Shown: in pieces, positions 26,710 to 39,589 of the stretch
Layout of the letters: each line of letters starts with the position of its first letter
Position numbering within the stretch: position 1 is the first letter of the stretch
Source: Eledone cirrhosa
Taxonomy: Eukaryota
Reading direction: 5' to 3'
Assembly (NCBI GenBank): GCA_964016885.1
Contig: OZ024740.1
Location: forward strand, 124,496,001-124,560,000
Length of the DNA stretch: 64,000 nt
Made by a program: the position numbers and the translations under genes
The notes under the pieces: generated by a model
The model's input: only the letters and a program-made list of their open reading frames with translations
The model's database searches: none
What the model was told of the DNA's origin: nothing

Positions 26710-29010
26710 GGAGGAAGTTATAGTTCACTTGAAGCATTGTATAATCAGGTATAAACGTTTGAATTTGTAAAGCCAAAACAATGCAGGTATGGACATAGAA
26801 TAAAAAATGCAAATGCAAAAGATATTGTTGACAATAGTCTATTACCTTAGATTTATTTAAATGTCCTTAATTTTCGAGATAATATCTCTTCTTCGGAGGG
26901 AAGTAAAGTGGTTAAACCAGTATACTAAATAGCTTGCCAACTCATGCAGACAGGAAATGGTATCGAGTATCTGTTCTATATCTAATGTGAAAGAGTTAAG
27001 GTTAGGTGGATAAAGAGTAGGCTCCTTTTAAAAGTTTTTTTTTGGTACATGTCTGTTTAAGTGTATGGGAGAATGCGTGAATGTGTAAGTATGTGTGTGT
27101 GTGAGTGTGAGAAGATATGTCTATACGTAAATGTGGAGGATAGATGTTATCTAGTGTTAGAACTGGTCCTTGTGTGTGTATGTGTGTGTGTGAGAGAGAA
27201 TAAGTGGAGGTGTAAGCGCGTGTGTGTGCGTGTGCGTGCGTGAGTGTGGGAGGGGGGTGGAAGTGTGGGGTTAGATGCTCTATCAAGTCATAAATTGGGT
27301 CTTGAGTTCTAGTCTATTATTGATTGGTGGTTGTGTTTTGTCTATAATTAGTGCTTCCTTAATTCTAAGATTGCCGAGGTTTCTTTCCTTAGTTTCTATC
27401 CTAACTGTTATGGTTTTGTCAGTGTTTTTGCATTTCACTAGGTGTTTCTTAAATGAGGATGCGTTAGTATTGAGGGGTTCTTTTATTCTTAGGTCGAGTG
27501 GTCTGGTGGTGCTACCTACGTAGAAGTTGCTGCATTTTTCGCACTCTAGTCTGTATACGACGTAAGCCTGGTGGCATAGGTCTGTGTCGTTGATGGGGCA
27601 GTTGGCTAGCCTGCAGCAGTTGTCATGTCTGGTGGAGTGTCTTTTGGTTAGCTGTCCGCGTAGAGAAGGTCCTGAGTGGGCCAGTTGGATATCTAGTCCC
27701 TCTCGTCTGATAGCTCTGCGGATGGCTGTTGTTGTTTCGTCACTGAAGTGTGGGAGCTTCAGGAAGCAAGTGTTAGTGCCTCGGGTGTGGTATCCTCTGT
27801 TCTTTCTGGCACGGTTTATGGTGGATGTCGTGTATACGTTCAGTTTGAGTACTTCCAGGAAATGTGTGGTGTGTGCGTCTCGGTCTCTAGCCTCGGTCCA
27901 TTTGTTCCGGATACGTGTTAGTTCGTTCCTTATGTATCCGAACTTAGCGCCGGATGGGAGGGCTGATCTGAAATGTACGAACAGGTCCCTACTGGCGGAT
28001 TTTTTTATAGAAGCTGGTGTGGTTGTTGCCTTCCTCTGTTACCCTGAGTTGGAAGTCCAGTAGGGATAGGGATCCGCGGTCATCGGGATGTTCCATGCTG
28101 AACTTTATACTGGCGTCCATGCTGGAGAATGTTGTGTATAGTTTATCCGCCTTCTCACGGGATGATGTAAGTATGAGTATGTCATCTAAATATCGGGTGA
28201 AGAATGTATGGGAATGGCAGGTGTTGAGGGCTCGGCATTCTAGCTGGTTCGTGTAGGTGATGGCCAGCAGGTCCGATAGGCTGGATCCCATGGGTAATCC
28301 TGTTGTCTGTCTGTATGTGTGGTGGTGGAAGGTGAAGTACGTGTTGTCCACTGTGAAGCACAAAAGCTGGTGTATGTCCGTCGGATGGAGGCCATAGCAG
28401 TTGATGTCCTCTGCGACCACGCAGTCCGTCAATAAATCGACAGCTGGATGAGCGGAGACTGTAGTCTAGAGGGAGACAACGTCGAGGCTAAAGGCGTATC
28501 TATTTAGTTTAACTTGTTCTGGCTGGAGTTGGTGTAGTCTACGTATGACTTCGTCGGAGCTACTGACATGCCCGGGAAAGGTGGAGAGTAGAGGCTTGAG
28601 GACCTGGGAGAGGAGCCAGGAGATTTTGTATAGGGGTCCTTCTATGCTAGAGGCAATGGGTCTTATTTGTGTCTTAGTAGTATTCTTGTGGGTCTTGATG
28701 AGGTGGTAGAAAGTGGGGAGTCTGCTATTTCTAGTGGTGTAGTTAAGCTTAACTTTATTTGGGAGTTTACTTCTCCTACAGATATCGAACCAGATGGAGT
28801 TGGTCTGTTTTTCGATCTGGGCTGCAGTCATGTCCGGGATCTCTGTGTATAGTTCATTGTCGCTTAGGTGTTCAAAGGCTAGGTTGTTGTATGAGGCTTG
28901 AGAGAGAACGCAAAACTCTTTACCTTTGTCGGATAGTAAGTATATAAGTTCCCTATTCCGTAGGTTCTTCAGGGCGAGTTGTTGTGTCTTTATCCACCTA
29001 ACCTTAACTC
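26710..29010 (-). mobile_element. Decayed PLE family B (RT + GIY-YIG + pLTR)
   Basis: FYHLIKTHK..IRPI, SLDVVSL, GLPMGSSLS, RYLDD, YVVYRLECEKCSNFYVGSTTR; pLTR end matches 58300-58385. Confidence 0.88.
26865..26900 (-). ncRNA. Minimal type-I HHR in family B pLTR
   Basis: cct-CCGAAGA-a-gagat[att]atctc-GAAA-aTTA-agg. Confidence 0.7.
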
Positions 29011-29281
29011 GTTGTTTTGAATATTTAAGGTATTCAGCAGAGCGCGCATGCCCGTGAAATGAGGTCGGTGAGGCAGAGGTCAGCGGCCGAAGTAGTTCTC
29101 TCAATTGTGGGAGTGGGTGGCGCTAGCTGTCAGTCCAATCTCTGCCTGTTTGGTGAATGTTACTATGTGTGTGTGTGTGCGTGTGTTGTCTCGCTTGAGT
29201 GTGTGTGTGTGTGCGTGTGTTGTTGTCTTGTTCCTCTGATGGCAGTGTAGTATGTTCGTATGGTGGAATGCTACTGTGTGT

Positions 29282-29355
<74 letters not shown>

Positions 29356-30585
29356 GTTGCTGTCTCGCTTGTGTGCGTGTGTGCGTGTTTTGCTGCATCG
29401 TTTGTTAACTTAAACCAACCATCTCATTTCGCTTCTCTCGGATCGGTTGTTTAATTGTGGCCCTAGGCGTTTGATCCAAAGTGCTTCCTTGATACGTAAC
29501 GTGCCAACGTTTCTTTCTGTCGCTAGAATTGTGACAATGGGCCTTCCGTCTTTGTTTCCGCATTTGGCTATGTGTTTCCGGAAAGACAAGGCCCTGGTTT
29601 TAGTGTGTTCCTTGATCCGGATGTGCAACAGCCGGATTGTGCTACCTATATAGTATTGGTTGCACTTGTTACATTCTATCTTATACACGACGTATGTGCG
29701 TAGGGCAGTCTCTGAGGGAGCACGCACCAGTGGGTTTCCCGGGTTTCCTGGAGAGGCATCTTCGCAGGGAGGGGCCCGTGTGTGCCACGTGGATGTTGAG
29801 GCCCTCCCACCGTATAGCCTTGCGGATAGCCTTGGTGGTATTCTCGCCCAGGTGAGGCATTTTAAGGAAGCACTTGCCTTGGTTGCCTCTCTGTCTCTTG
29901 TGTTTGGTGTCTCCTACTCTGTCAGTGAGCGAGGTAGGGTACCAGTTCGTCCCCAGCACCTCGAGGAATCGCTTGGTATGAGTGACACCACTCGCGGGAT
30001 CGCTGCATCTGTTTTTGATTCGCGCGATCTCGTTCGTGATGAATCCTCTTTTGGCACTGTTAGGGAGGGCGGACTTGTAGAGGACGAACAAGTCCATGCA
30101 GGCTACCTTTCGGTAGAAGTTGCAGTGGATCCCTCCCTGTTCCGCGATGTTGATTGGGAAGTCGAGGAGGGCAAGTGACCCGTCGTCGTTGGGGTGTTCA
30201 ACACTTAAGTCAATGTTCTCGTCCGTGTTGTTGAACATCTCATAGATTCTGTTCGCCATGTCTTGGGAAGGTGTGAGGATGAGGATATCGTCCACGTACC
30301 TTGAGAAAAAGGCGACGGCGTTGGGGTGGCAGGCGTTGAGTGCTTTGCGCTCGAGGCTGTCCATGTAAGAGATCGCTAGCTCACTCGACAGGCTTGATGC
30401 CATGGGCAGTCCCGAGGTTTGTTGGTATGTTTGGTCAAGGAATCCGAAGTAGGTGTTGTCGACGACGATGGATATGAGTTGGTGAATGTCAGCGGTGGTG
30501 AGCCCGAAGCAGTGTAGGTCAGTGGATTGGACGCGTTCCATCAGTATATTGACGGCCGGGAGTGCCGGGACCGAGGTGTAGAGAG
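29010..30585 (-). mobile_element. PLE family A copy (partial RT, GIY-YIG, part of 3' UTR)
   Basis: ORF 29681-30541 (GLPMASSLS, RYVDD) and ORF 29410-29727 (GIY-YIG). Confidence 0.9.
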
Positions 30586-32155
30586 CGAACAGAATCTATG
30601 AGATGTTCAACAACATGGACGAGAACATTGACTTAAGTGTTGAATACCCCAACGACGACGGGTCATTTGCCCTCCTCGACTTCCGAATCAACATTACGGA
30701 ACAGGGAGAGATCCACTGCAACTTCTACCAAAAGGCAGCCTGCAGGGACCTGTTCGTCCACTACTTTCCGCCCTCCCTAACAGTCCCAAAAGAGGATACA
30801 TCACGAACGAGATCGCGCGAATCAAAAACAGATGCAACGAACCCGCGTGTGGTGTCACTCATACCAAGCGAATCCTCGAGGTGCTGGAGACGAACGGGTA
30901 CCCTACCTCGATCACTGACAGAGTAGGAGACACCAGACACAAGAGACAGAGAGGCACCCAAGGCAAGTGCTTCCTTAAAATGCCACACTTGGGCGAGAAT
31001 ACCACTAACGCTATCTGCAAGGCTATACGGAGGGAGGGCCTCGACATCCACGTGGCCCACTCGCCCCCCCCCCCTGCGAAGATGCCTCTCCAGGAAACTC
31101 GGGAAAGCAACTGACGTGTGCTCCCTCAGAGACTGCATAATGCGCCATGCGAACTGTTGACTACGCACATACGTCGTGTATAAGATAGAATGTAACAAGT
31201 GCAACCAATACTATATAGGTAGCACAATCCGGCCATTGCATATCCGGATCAAGGAACACACTAACACCAGGGCCTCGTCTTTCCGAAAACACAGCCAAAT
31301 GCGGAAACAAAGACGGAAGGCCCATTGTCACAATTCTAGCGACAGAAAGAAACGTCGGCACGTTACGTATCAAGGAAGCACTTTGGATCAAACGCCTAGG
31401 GCCACAATTAAACAACCGATCCGAGAGAAGCGAAATGAGGTGGTTGGTTTATATTAACAAATGATGCAGCAACACACACACACAAGCGAGACAGCAAAAC
31501 ACGCACACACACACACACAGTAGCATTCCACCATACGAACATACTACACTGCCAATACAGAGGAACAAGGTAACAACACACGCACACACACACTCACTCA
31601 AGCGAGACAACAACACACGCACACGCACACACACAGTAACTTTCACCAAACAGGCAGAGAATGGACTGACAGCTAGCGCCACCCCACTCCCACAACTGAA
31701 AGAACTACTTCGGCCGCTGACCTCTGCCTCACCGACCCCATTTCACGGGCACGCGCGCTCTGCTGAATACCTCAGATATTGAAAACAACGTGCAGCGGAT
31801 GACACGTTTCGCACCTTTCCAACAGACTACCCCCCCCCCCCCAACCCCCACTCGGAAAAAACCCCAGTTGATGGACGTGAATCCGAAATATATAGGGACA
31901 ATTAAATCTCTCCCAAGGTAACTCTTTCTCGTGTTGTTATTTTTATTTTTATCCTTTACGCTCTTTCTTCATTCCTCTACACGTTACAGTCTTATACACG
32001 CCACGTATCTTAACGTACACCCACTTACATCTCTCTCTCCACCACCGGATCTTGATACCCGGAGATTTACCCATCAGCATTGTCGAGGCTTCTAAACGAC
32101 TTAAAGAAATTTACCTTGTTATTCCACAATGCTTCAAGCAAACTTCAATACTCCC
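30585..32155 (+). mobile_element. PLE family A copy, head-to-head with the previous copy, with complete pLTR
   Basis: Begins at ANRIYEMFNN; GIY-YIG at ~31170-31455; pLTR homologous to 7335-7995. Confidence 0.9.
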
Positions 32156-32169
32156 ATATATATATATAT

Positions 32170-32420
32170 GAGAGTATTGAAATTTGCTTGAAGCATTGTG
32201 GAATAATAAGGTAAATTTCTTTAAGTCGTTTGGAAGCCTCGACAATGCAGATGGGTAAATCTCCGGGTAACAAGATCCGGTGGTGGAGAGAGAGAGATGT
32301 AAGTGGGTGTACGTTTAGATGCGTGGCGTGTATAAGACTGTAACGTGCAGAGGAAAAAAGAAAGAGCGTAAAGGATAAAAATAAAAATAACAACACGAGA
32401 AAGAGTTACCTTGGGAGAGA

Positions 32421-32427
<7 letters not shown>
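32170..32427 (-). mobile_element. Family A pLTR 3' end, tail-to-tail with the previous copy
   Basis: Reverse complement of ~31900-32153, separated from it by a short (TA)n. Confidence 0.85.
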
Positions 32428-32855
<428 letters not shown>

Positions 32856-32914
32856 CCCAATGCTCAGATACCATCAACACCATAAACACAGAGCTGGCAT
32901 ATCTAAGAACTGAC

Positions 32915-32974
32915 TTAATGCCTGATGAGGTCATAGCCATTCAATGGCTATCATCGAAATATATATAGCAGTAA
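32915..32974 (+). ncRNA. Type-I HHR in a solo pLTR fragment
   Basis: ttaatgc-CTGATGA-ggtcatagccat[tca]atggctatcatc-GAAA-t[atat]ATA-gcagtaa. Confidence 0.85.
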
Positions 32975-33015
32975 ATAAAGGATTATGAGTTCATGCAATT
33001 GATTTATGTTTCGTC

Positions 33016-34820
33016 TGAAGGATGAGTATTTTAGAGTTTATTTTATCATGAGTTAAGGCTCTATTGATTTTTTCCCTGGATTTCACTAAATTCTGTTGGA
33101 TAAATCGATTTTGGTTATCATTTCGAGCTTTGCTATGGATCGAATTCCAACCGTGACCATCCCCACTGAAAGTTTTCGTGAAATAGTATTTTCAAGACTA
33201 TACAGAGTATTTGTAGTTGTTCCAAATTGAAGGATAAGTATTTTAGACTTTATTTTATCATGAGTTAAGGCTCCATTGATTTTTCCCTGGATTTCACTAA
33301 ATTCTGTTGGATAAATCTATATCCTGATTCTTTTTGAATTGAGTTTGAATTACTTTTCCCACATCTTACGTTAACTATTTTCCCGTTTTGACGCTATAGT
33401 CACTTATATATTATGGAATACTGTTAGCTTCTTGCTACAATAATTTCTATACTTTACATTTATATATTCATACTCGGATTTCTTTCCTAGAGTGCTTAAA
33501 TTATTTGTGACTAATCCCGGTATTTAAAAAAGAAAAACGCGATAATATTGCTTTTTGCTGAACTCCTTATTGTAGAGTTTTTTCGGAATGATTTTGACTG
33601 TTGTTTCATGTAAACAAACATTCGTCTCATTCTGACGTCACCAGCCCTGTTTTTCCACATGTGCGTTTTATTTTCATAATCACGCATGATGTTAATCTAG
33701 CTTGCTTTTAAAATCCCTTTTTGGCATATTAATCAGTGAGATTTTGGTTATCATGTTGAGCTCTGCTAAGGATCGAATTCCAACCGTGACCATCCCCACT
33801 GAAAGTTTTCGTGAAATAGTCTTTTCAAGACTATACAGAGCATTTGTAGTTGTTCCAAATTGAAGGATAAGTATTTTAGACATTATTTTATCATGAGTTA
33901 AGGCTCTATTGATTTTTCCCTGGATTTCACTAAATTCTGTTGTATAAATCTATATCCTGATTCTTTTTGAATTGAGTTTGAATTATTTTTCCCACATCTT
34001 ACGTTAACTATTTTCCTGTTTTGACGCTATAGTCACTTATATATTATGGAATACTGTTGGCTTCTTGCTACAATAATTTCTATATTTTTCATTTATATAT
34101 TTATACTCGGATTTCTTTTCTAGAGTGCTTAAATTATTTGTGACTAATCCGGGTATTTAAAAAAAAAAACGCGATAATATTGCTTTTTGCTGAACTCCTT
34201 ATTGTAGAGATTCTTCGGAATGTTTTTGACTGTTGTTTCATGTAAACAAACATTCGTCTCATTCTGACGTCACCAGCCCTGTTTTTCCAAATGTGCGTTT
34301 TATTTTCATAATCACGCATGATGTTAAACTAGACTGCTTTTAAAATCCCTTTTTGGCATATTAATCAATTCGATTTTGGTTATCATTTCGAGCTTTGCTA
34401 TGGATCGAATTCCAACCGTGACCATCCCCACTGAAAGTTTTCGTGAAATAGTCTTTTCAAGACTATACAGAGTATTTGTAGTTGTTCCAAATTGAAGGAT
34501 AAGTATTTTAGACTTTATTTTATCATGAGTTAAGGCTCCATTGATTTTTCCCTGGATTTCACTAAATTCTGTTGGATAAATCTATATCCTGATTCTTTTT
34601 TAATTGAGTTTGAATTACTTTTCCCACATCTTACGTTAACTATTTTCCCGTTTTGACGCTATAGTCACTTATATATTATGGAATACTGTTGGCTTCTTGC
34701 TACAATAATTTCTATACTTTACATTTATATATTCATACTCGGATTTCTTTCCTAGAGTGCTTAAATTATTTATGACTAATCCCGGTATTTAAAAAAAACT
34801 AATTTCTATACTTTTCATTT
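33016..34820. repeat. Tandem repeat, ~632-633 bp unit, ~2.7 copies plus a partial
   Basis: gatcgaattccaaccgtgacc at 33138, 33771 and 34403. Confidence 0.92.
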
Positions 34821-34834
34821 ATATATATATATAA

Positions 34835-35136
34835 GTAAATTATTCCGGGTTGAATCGGCGGTAACCACAGTAAGTAAGGTACTCAATACATAGCAGGGTA
34901 TAAAAGTTTTAATATAGATGAGATTCTGCAGGATTAGAACTGTTTCATTCTTGAGAAATCTTCAGGAATCTGACTGTCCAAATAAATGTGTTGATATTTA
35001 TATATTTTTGGGTAGTAGGAGAGTGTGGGAGAAGGATGGGTAGAGGTAATTGGTTGAATACCACCACATTTATTCGGACAGTGAGATTCGTGATGATTTT
35101 TCAAGAATGAAACAGTTCTAGTCCTGTAGAATCTCA

Positions 35137-35137
<1 letters not shown>
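34835..35137. mobile_element. Fold-back pLTR element with an HHR in each arm (34921-34971 minus; 35084-35134 plus)
   Basis: Arms 34918-34990 and 35065-35137; agattc-(C/G)TGA(A/T)GA...GAAA-cag..ctG(C/T)A-gaatct. Confidence 0.8.
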
Positions 35138-35226
<89 letters not shown>

Positions 35227-35496
35227 TGTATATATATGTATATACTTATACATATATCAATATATATATATGTATATATATATATGTATATATAATATAT
35301 ATGTATATATATATACATATATATATGTATATATATATATATGTGTATACTTATACATAAATGAATATGTATATATATATATGTATATATATATATGTAT
35401 ATATATATGTATAATTATATACATATATAAATATATATAAATATGTATATATATATATATATATATATACATATATATATACGTATATATATATAT

Positions 35497-37980
35497 AGAA
35501 CAAAGGAATTGTGGTAAGGAACCAGATGGACCATAACGCACCAGAGTACTCAATACTTAGTATAGTAGAGTGGGAAATAGGAAAAATGTATGACCCCGAC
35601 GGCAGAGCTCAAGCCGTTTCGACGGCTATTTCTGGACTAAATTAGAATGTTTAGCCTGGTGAATAAATAGCCGAACTTGTCAAGGGTGTACTTATATGGG
35701 AAGATTGTAGTTGTCAAGAAGATTGGTTAAAATTTGTTGTAAACACAAATAAGTCTATCATGGCATTTGGTGGGAGGTAGGGGTGGCTGAACTTGCCTAT
35801 AGAACAATAGGGGAGTGAGTGGAGCGGTCAAGCGTTGAAAGTGATATGTATACAGCAGATTCTAAGGATAGTGTATGAAGTGGAGGAAGGAGGTTATAGA
35901 ATAGGTAAATCGAATGAGAGTAGGAGACAATGAAAGATATTAGAAATAAATAAAAAGATATATAAAATTAGATAGTGATAAATCAATAAAAAACCACAAT
36001 GATATCTTATAGGTTAATAAGTTGAGAATAGAAAAAACTTGTAGAAATTGAGTAGTAACAAAACTGATACAAAATTAACGGGGTTTAACACAACTGCTAT
36101 AAGTAGTTAGTAAAACGTATTCGGCCAATTCAACTTAAAATTAGAGGGGTGGGGGAACTCATGCTACAGAGGCCCGATGGGCTGCATCGGGGTAGGCGAA
36201 AGGGGGAAAGCAGACGAGGAAGAAAATAGGGGGTGGAAGGAAGTGATCGGATGAGACAGGGGGAAGAAGAAGACAGAGAGGAAAAGAAAACAGATACATC
36301 TACTTATGTAAGCTGGGGTTTCCCTTAACTTATTCGGCAAGTGGGGAGGGGGTATCAGCCCTGTCTACCCACCCGGGTCGTTATGGGGTTTGAGGGCGAG
36401 ATAAGTCCTACGCAATCTGTGTTTGCAAGCAGTTCCCAGTTCGTCTTTCTTGTTTAGGAGTTGGTCCTTCGAAAACAGCATTTGTAATGTTTTCTCCGAG
36501 CATAAGTTACACGAACGGCGCCCTCCCGTGTAGGAGTTAGCTCTGGACAGTAAGCTCCAAGTGAGATTGTAGGTTATATTATTATCTTGGAGGTCCCAGA
36601 TGTGGCCCGAAAGTGTAGTGGCATGTCGCCGGACCGGGTTTCGGAAAGTAGTCGGTGTTAGTAGAGCCGGGTCTTGAAGTCACACGCGGTTAATCCTATA
36701 TAAGCTTTGTTGGAGGTGTCCGTCCTCACGTTGCACTGGTAGATCACGTTACGTTCTCGGCATTTGTTGCTGAGGGGGCACGTAGATCTATCAGGGCAGT
36801 TACACCTCCTGGTCGGCTCTCCACTGATGTTTAGGTTATTTCTTCCATAGGGGTTGAGTTTTTTCTTGTTTGAGGAGACGATGTTTTGTGCGAAGTTAGA
36901 TGTGGTGCCGTAGGAGAGTTTGGTGGTGTTTTTGTTAATTATGTTGTGGTAGCGGTGTTGTAGTGGGAAGTGTTTTTCGAGGAGTCTAAAGAATATTTTC
37001 CCGATAGGTGTTGCCACCTTACCATTATGGGGAGGATTGAACCACGTTACGTTGCATGAGCGGCTGGATAAAAGGATATTTCCTTCCGGAAGCCACTCCG
37101 CTTGAGGGCCTGGTTGTAATGAGGCGCTTATTCGTCGAATATCTGCTCATTAGCGGACGAACGAGATATGTGGAAGGAGATGTTTTAAACCAGGTTATTG
37201 GTGATGTTTCTAGGATGGTTAGTGTAGTGCAAGTTTTCGTTTGGTTTCCTGTATGGGTAGTACAGATCATTTTCGAGGTTAAGTGTAACGTCCAGGAAAT
37301 TGACTTGGGTTAGGGACGTTTGTAGGGTGATTTTAAAACCCCAGTCCAGGAAGAAGTTGATTAGTTGTTTACGGACCCGGTCTGTACTACTGGGGTTGTA
37401 GTCTTTGAGGGTGAGGATCCCATCATCCCGATACAATCCACCGCCGAATGCAGGAAACATTTCGGTGAGTTTAAATAGTAGGAATAATCCTATAAGATCT
37501 ATGACCTCGGCCGAATCCGTCGCGCCCATACTGACGTCGAAGGAGGAGTTGTCGAAAAGTAGGACTGTCTTCCTGGCGTGGAGAATGATATTTATTTCCT
37601 GGTCAGTGATGGGTGTGAGTGTTTCGACAAAGTCTAAGGCGGCCGTAAGGAGCGATAAGGTAATAGATGCATAGTAATTCTCTATGTCAAACTGGATGAA
37701 TTTTGTGTCTCGTGTGTCCTCCATATTCCCGAACCATGAGATTACTTCCTGGGTGCTGGCCCATAGGCTAAGTCTCACGTTTTGCTTAACTTTTGGTTTA
37801 ACTCGGTCTAGGATCTTTTTACTGATTCTCTCTATGTCCGACTCCATTGGGTTTATAAGCCTAATGGATGGTTTGCGGTCGAAGTCGGATTTGTGGTTCT
37901 TCAGTGTGAAGTAGGGAGTCCTTGGCGAGACGGATTCGGCCGTAAGTGGTAGGCCGTAATCGGTAGGCCGTTTGAGCACT
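35497..37980 (-). mobile_element. 5'-truncated Naiad-type PLE (RT, CxC-C-C linker, GIY-YIG, pLTR)
   Basis: QFDIENYYASI, MGATDSAEVIDLIG, GLYRDDG, CNCPDRSTCPLSNKC, YIGLTACDFKTR, CNLC...CKH; 3' end at (TA)n. Confidence 0.9.
35593..35687 (-). ncRNA. Type-I HHR with U3-A8 core (UUGACAA) in the Naiad pLTR
   Basis: accc-TTGACAA-gttcggctattt...aaatagccgtc-GAAA-cggc[ttgagctct]gcc-GTC-ggggt. Confidence 0.75.
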
Positions 37981-38055
37981 CGATGATCTTAGAGAGATGT
38001 GTATGATAGCACATAAGAAACAGAGAATTAGTGTTGCGACGAATAAAATTTATTA

Positions 38056-38150
38056 GACATATTACAATCGTTTCTCTAGCGACCAGTTCGAGGCACGATC
38101 TATGTAATGATCGAACCTGATTCTGCAATGGCAAGGTCCTCAGTTACGTC
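38056..38150 (-). ncRNA. Type-I HHR with long stem II
   Basis: gacgtaa-CTGAGGA-...aggttcgatc[attacata]gatcgtgcct...-GAAA-c[gatt]GTA-atatgtc. Confidence 0.7.
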
Positions 38151-38194
38151 TTGATTCTACGAATCAGAGTTTCCAAATGTTCAATTACACCCGC

Positions 38195-38257
<63 letters not shown>

Positions 38258-38422
38258 CGAAGGGAAACAATATTCAGCGGGGGGACTGTGCCCCCGGGGA
38301 ACCCTTTGATTAAAATGAAATATACTTATCCAAGTACCCTGGGCAATGTAGTTTCAAGAGTGAAACTAATACTAATATCATTTGTACTACCTGTCTGTTT
38401 TTTGTTCTCTGTTCATTTATTA

Positions 38423-38458
<36 letters not shown>

Positions 38459-38848
38459 ATAATAATAATGTGAAGACTAAAATCCGAAGAGAGGGCTCGA
38501 TAAGGTTAATATATATATATCATCATCATCGTTTAACGTCTATCTTCCACGCTAGAATGGGTTACACGGGTGGCCGTGTCTCGCTTGTGATCTTGTTAAG
38601 CATGAAAGCTCTGTTATTTTAATAAATATGTTTATATATATATATATGTGTGTTTATATATGTATATATATTTAATACATTAACAGAGAAAACCCATTAG
38701 TGATACTCCGATTAATTTCCAACTCACTCAACAAACATTAGGAAATACCTAAGTATATTCCCCAATTATACGTTTGGGGTGCTAACTGTATTGTATTGTG
38801 TGGATAATCGGCTGTATTATTTTATATGAGACATAATTAATTAAATCT

Positions 38849-38978
38849 CATTCCACATACGATCGTTTCATTATAAGATTTCTACAAAGTGGGAGAAAAG
38901 TCTCCTAGTTATGTAGAAGCCTGCATAAGATCAATGGATTCCCATGCAAGTGGGCTCTTATAACTCTTCAGTGGGATG
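38849..38978 (-). ncRNA. Type-I HHR with a large branched insert in stem II
   Basis: catccca-CTGAAGA-gttataaga...tcttataat-GAAA-cg[at]c-GTA-tgtggaatg. Confidence 0.75.
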
Positions 38979-39089
38979 CCCACGTAACATCAATATTAAT
39001 ATTTAGCGATAGTAACCGTCAGTGGTAGATAGAGCCGCTTAGTTTGTAAGTCCAGCAGTTCTAATATATATATATTTAAATATATATTT

Positions 39090-39410
39090 AGTGAAAAGAT
39101 CACAAGGACGATTGGTTACTCCTTCATTACATTTATTGGTTGGTGACGCGCGTTTCGCCACTGATCAGCTCAAGGTTCGATTTGTATCGATCTTACTCGA
39201 CTCATTACAGATCGAACCTTGAGCTGATCAGTGGCGAAACGCGCGGCACCAACAAATAAATGTAATGAAGGAGTAACCAATCGTCCTTGTTATCTTTTCA
39301 CTTTAATACACTCTGTCACGCTCTACACCTCGACACTGACTGAAGTGAACCTAAACATCGAGTGCTCACCCGGGTGAACCTACACTAACTCCAAGTTACA
39401 CTCCCTGGAT
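39090..39410 (+). mobile_element. pLTR 3' fragment with a ~97-bp fold-back arm (palindrome 39090-39302)
   Basis: Both arms carry the HHR 3' half GAAAC-gcgc-G(T/G)C; spacer 39187-39205; TA flanks. Confidence 0.85.
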
Positions 39411-39413
39411 ATA

Positions 39414-39479
<66 letters not shown>

Positions 39480-39535
39480 TAAAATAAAATAATTAAATCA
39501 AATATTTAAAATCTGGGTTTGTTTATTAAAGATGT

Positions 39536-39589
39536 ACTGCTATATATATTTCGGTGACACCATCCTTGGCTGTGACCTCTTCAGGCAGT
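39536..39589 (-). ncRNA. Canonical type-I HHR (same family as 32915) in a PLE fragment at ~39480-40200
   Basis: actgc-CTGAAGA-ggtcacagcca[agga]tggtgtcacc-GAAA-t[atat]ATA-gcagt. Confidence 0.88.

Noticed and set aside
33016-34820. CRISPR-like or retrozyme tandem array
   Set aside because: Whole units repeat with no unique spacers and no HHR core; eukaryotic context.
36380-36660. Selenocysteine (UGA) recoding, reported for some Naiad PLEs
   Set aside because: The Cys positions I could read in the GIY-YIG use TGT/TGC; the interruption is a TAA plus a frameshift.
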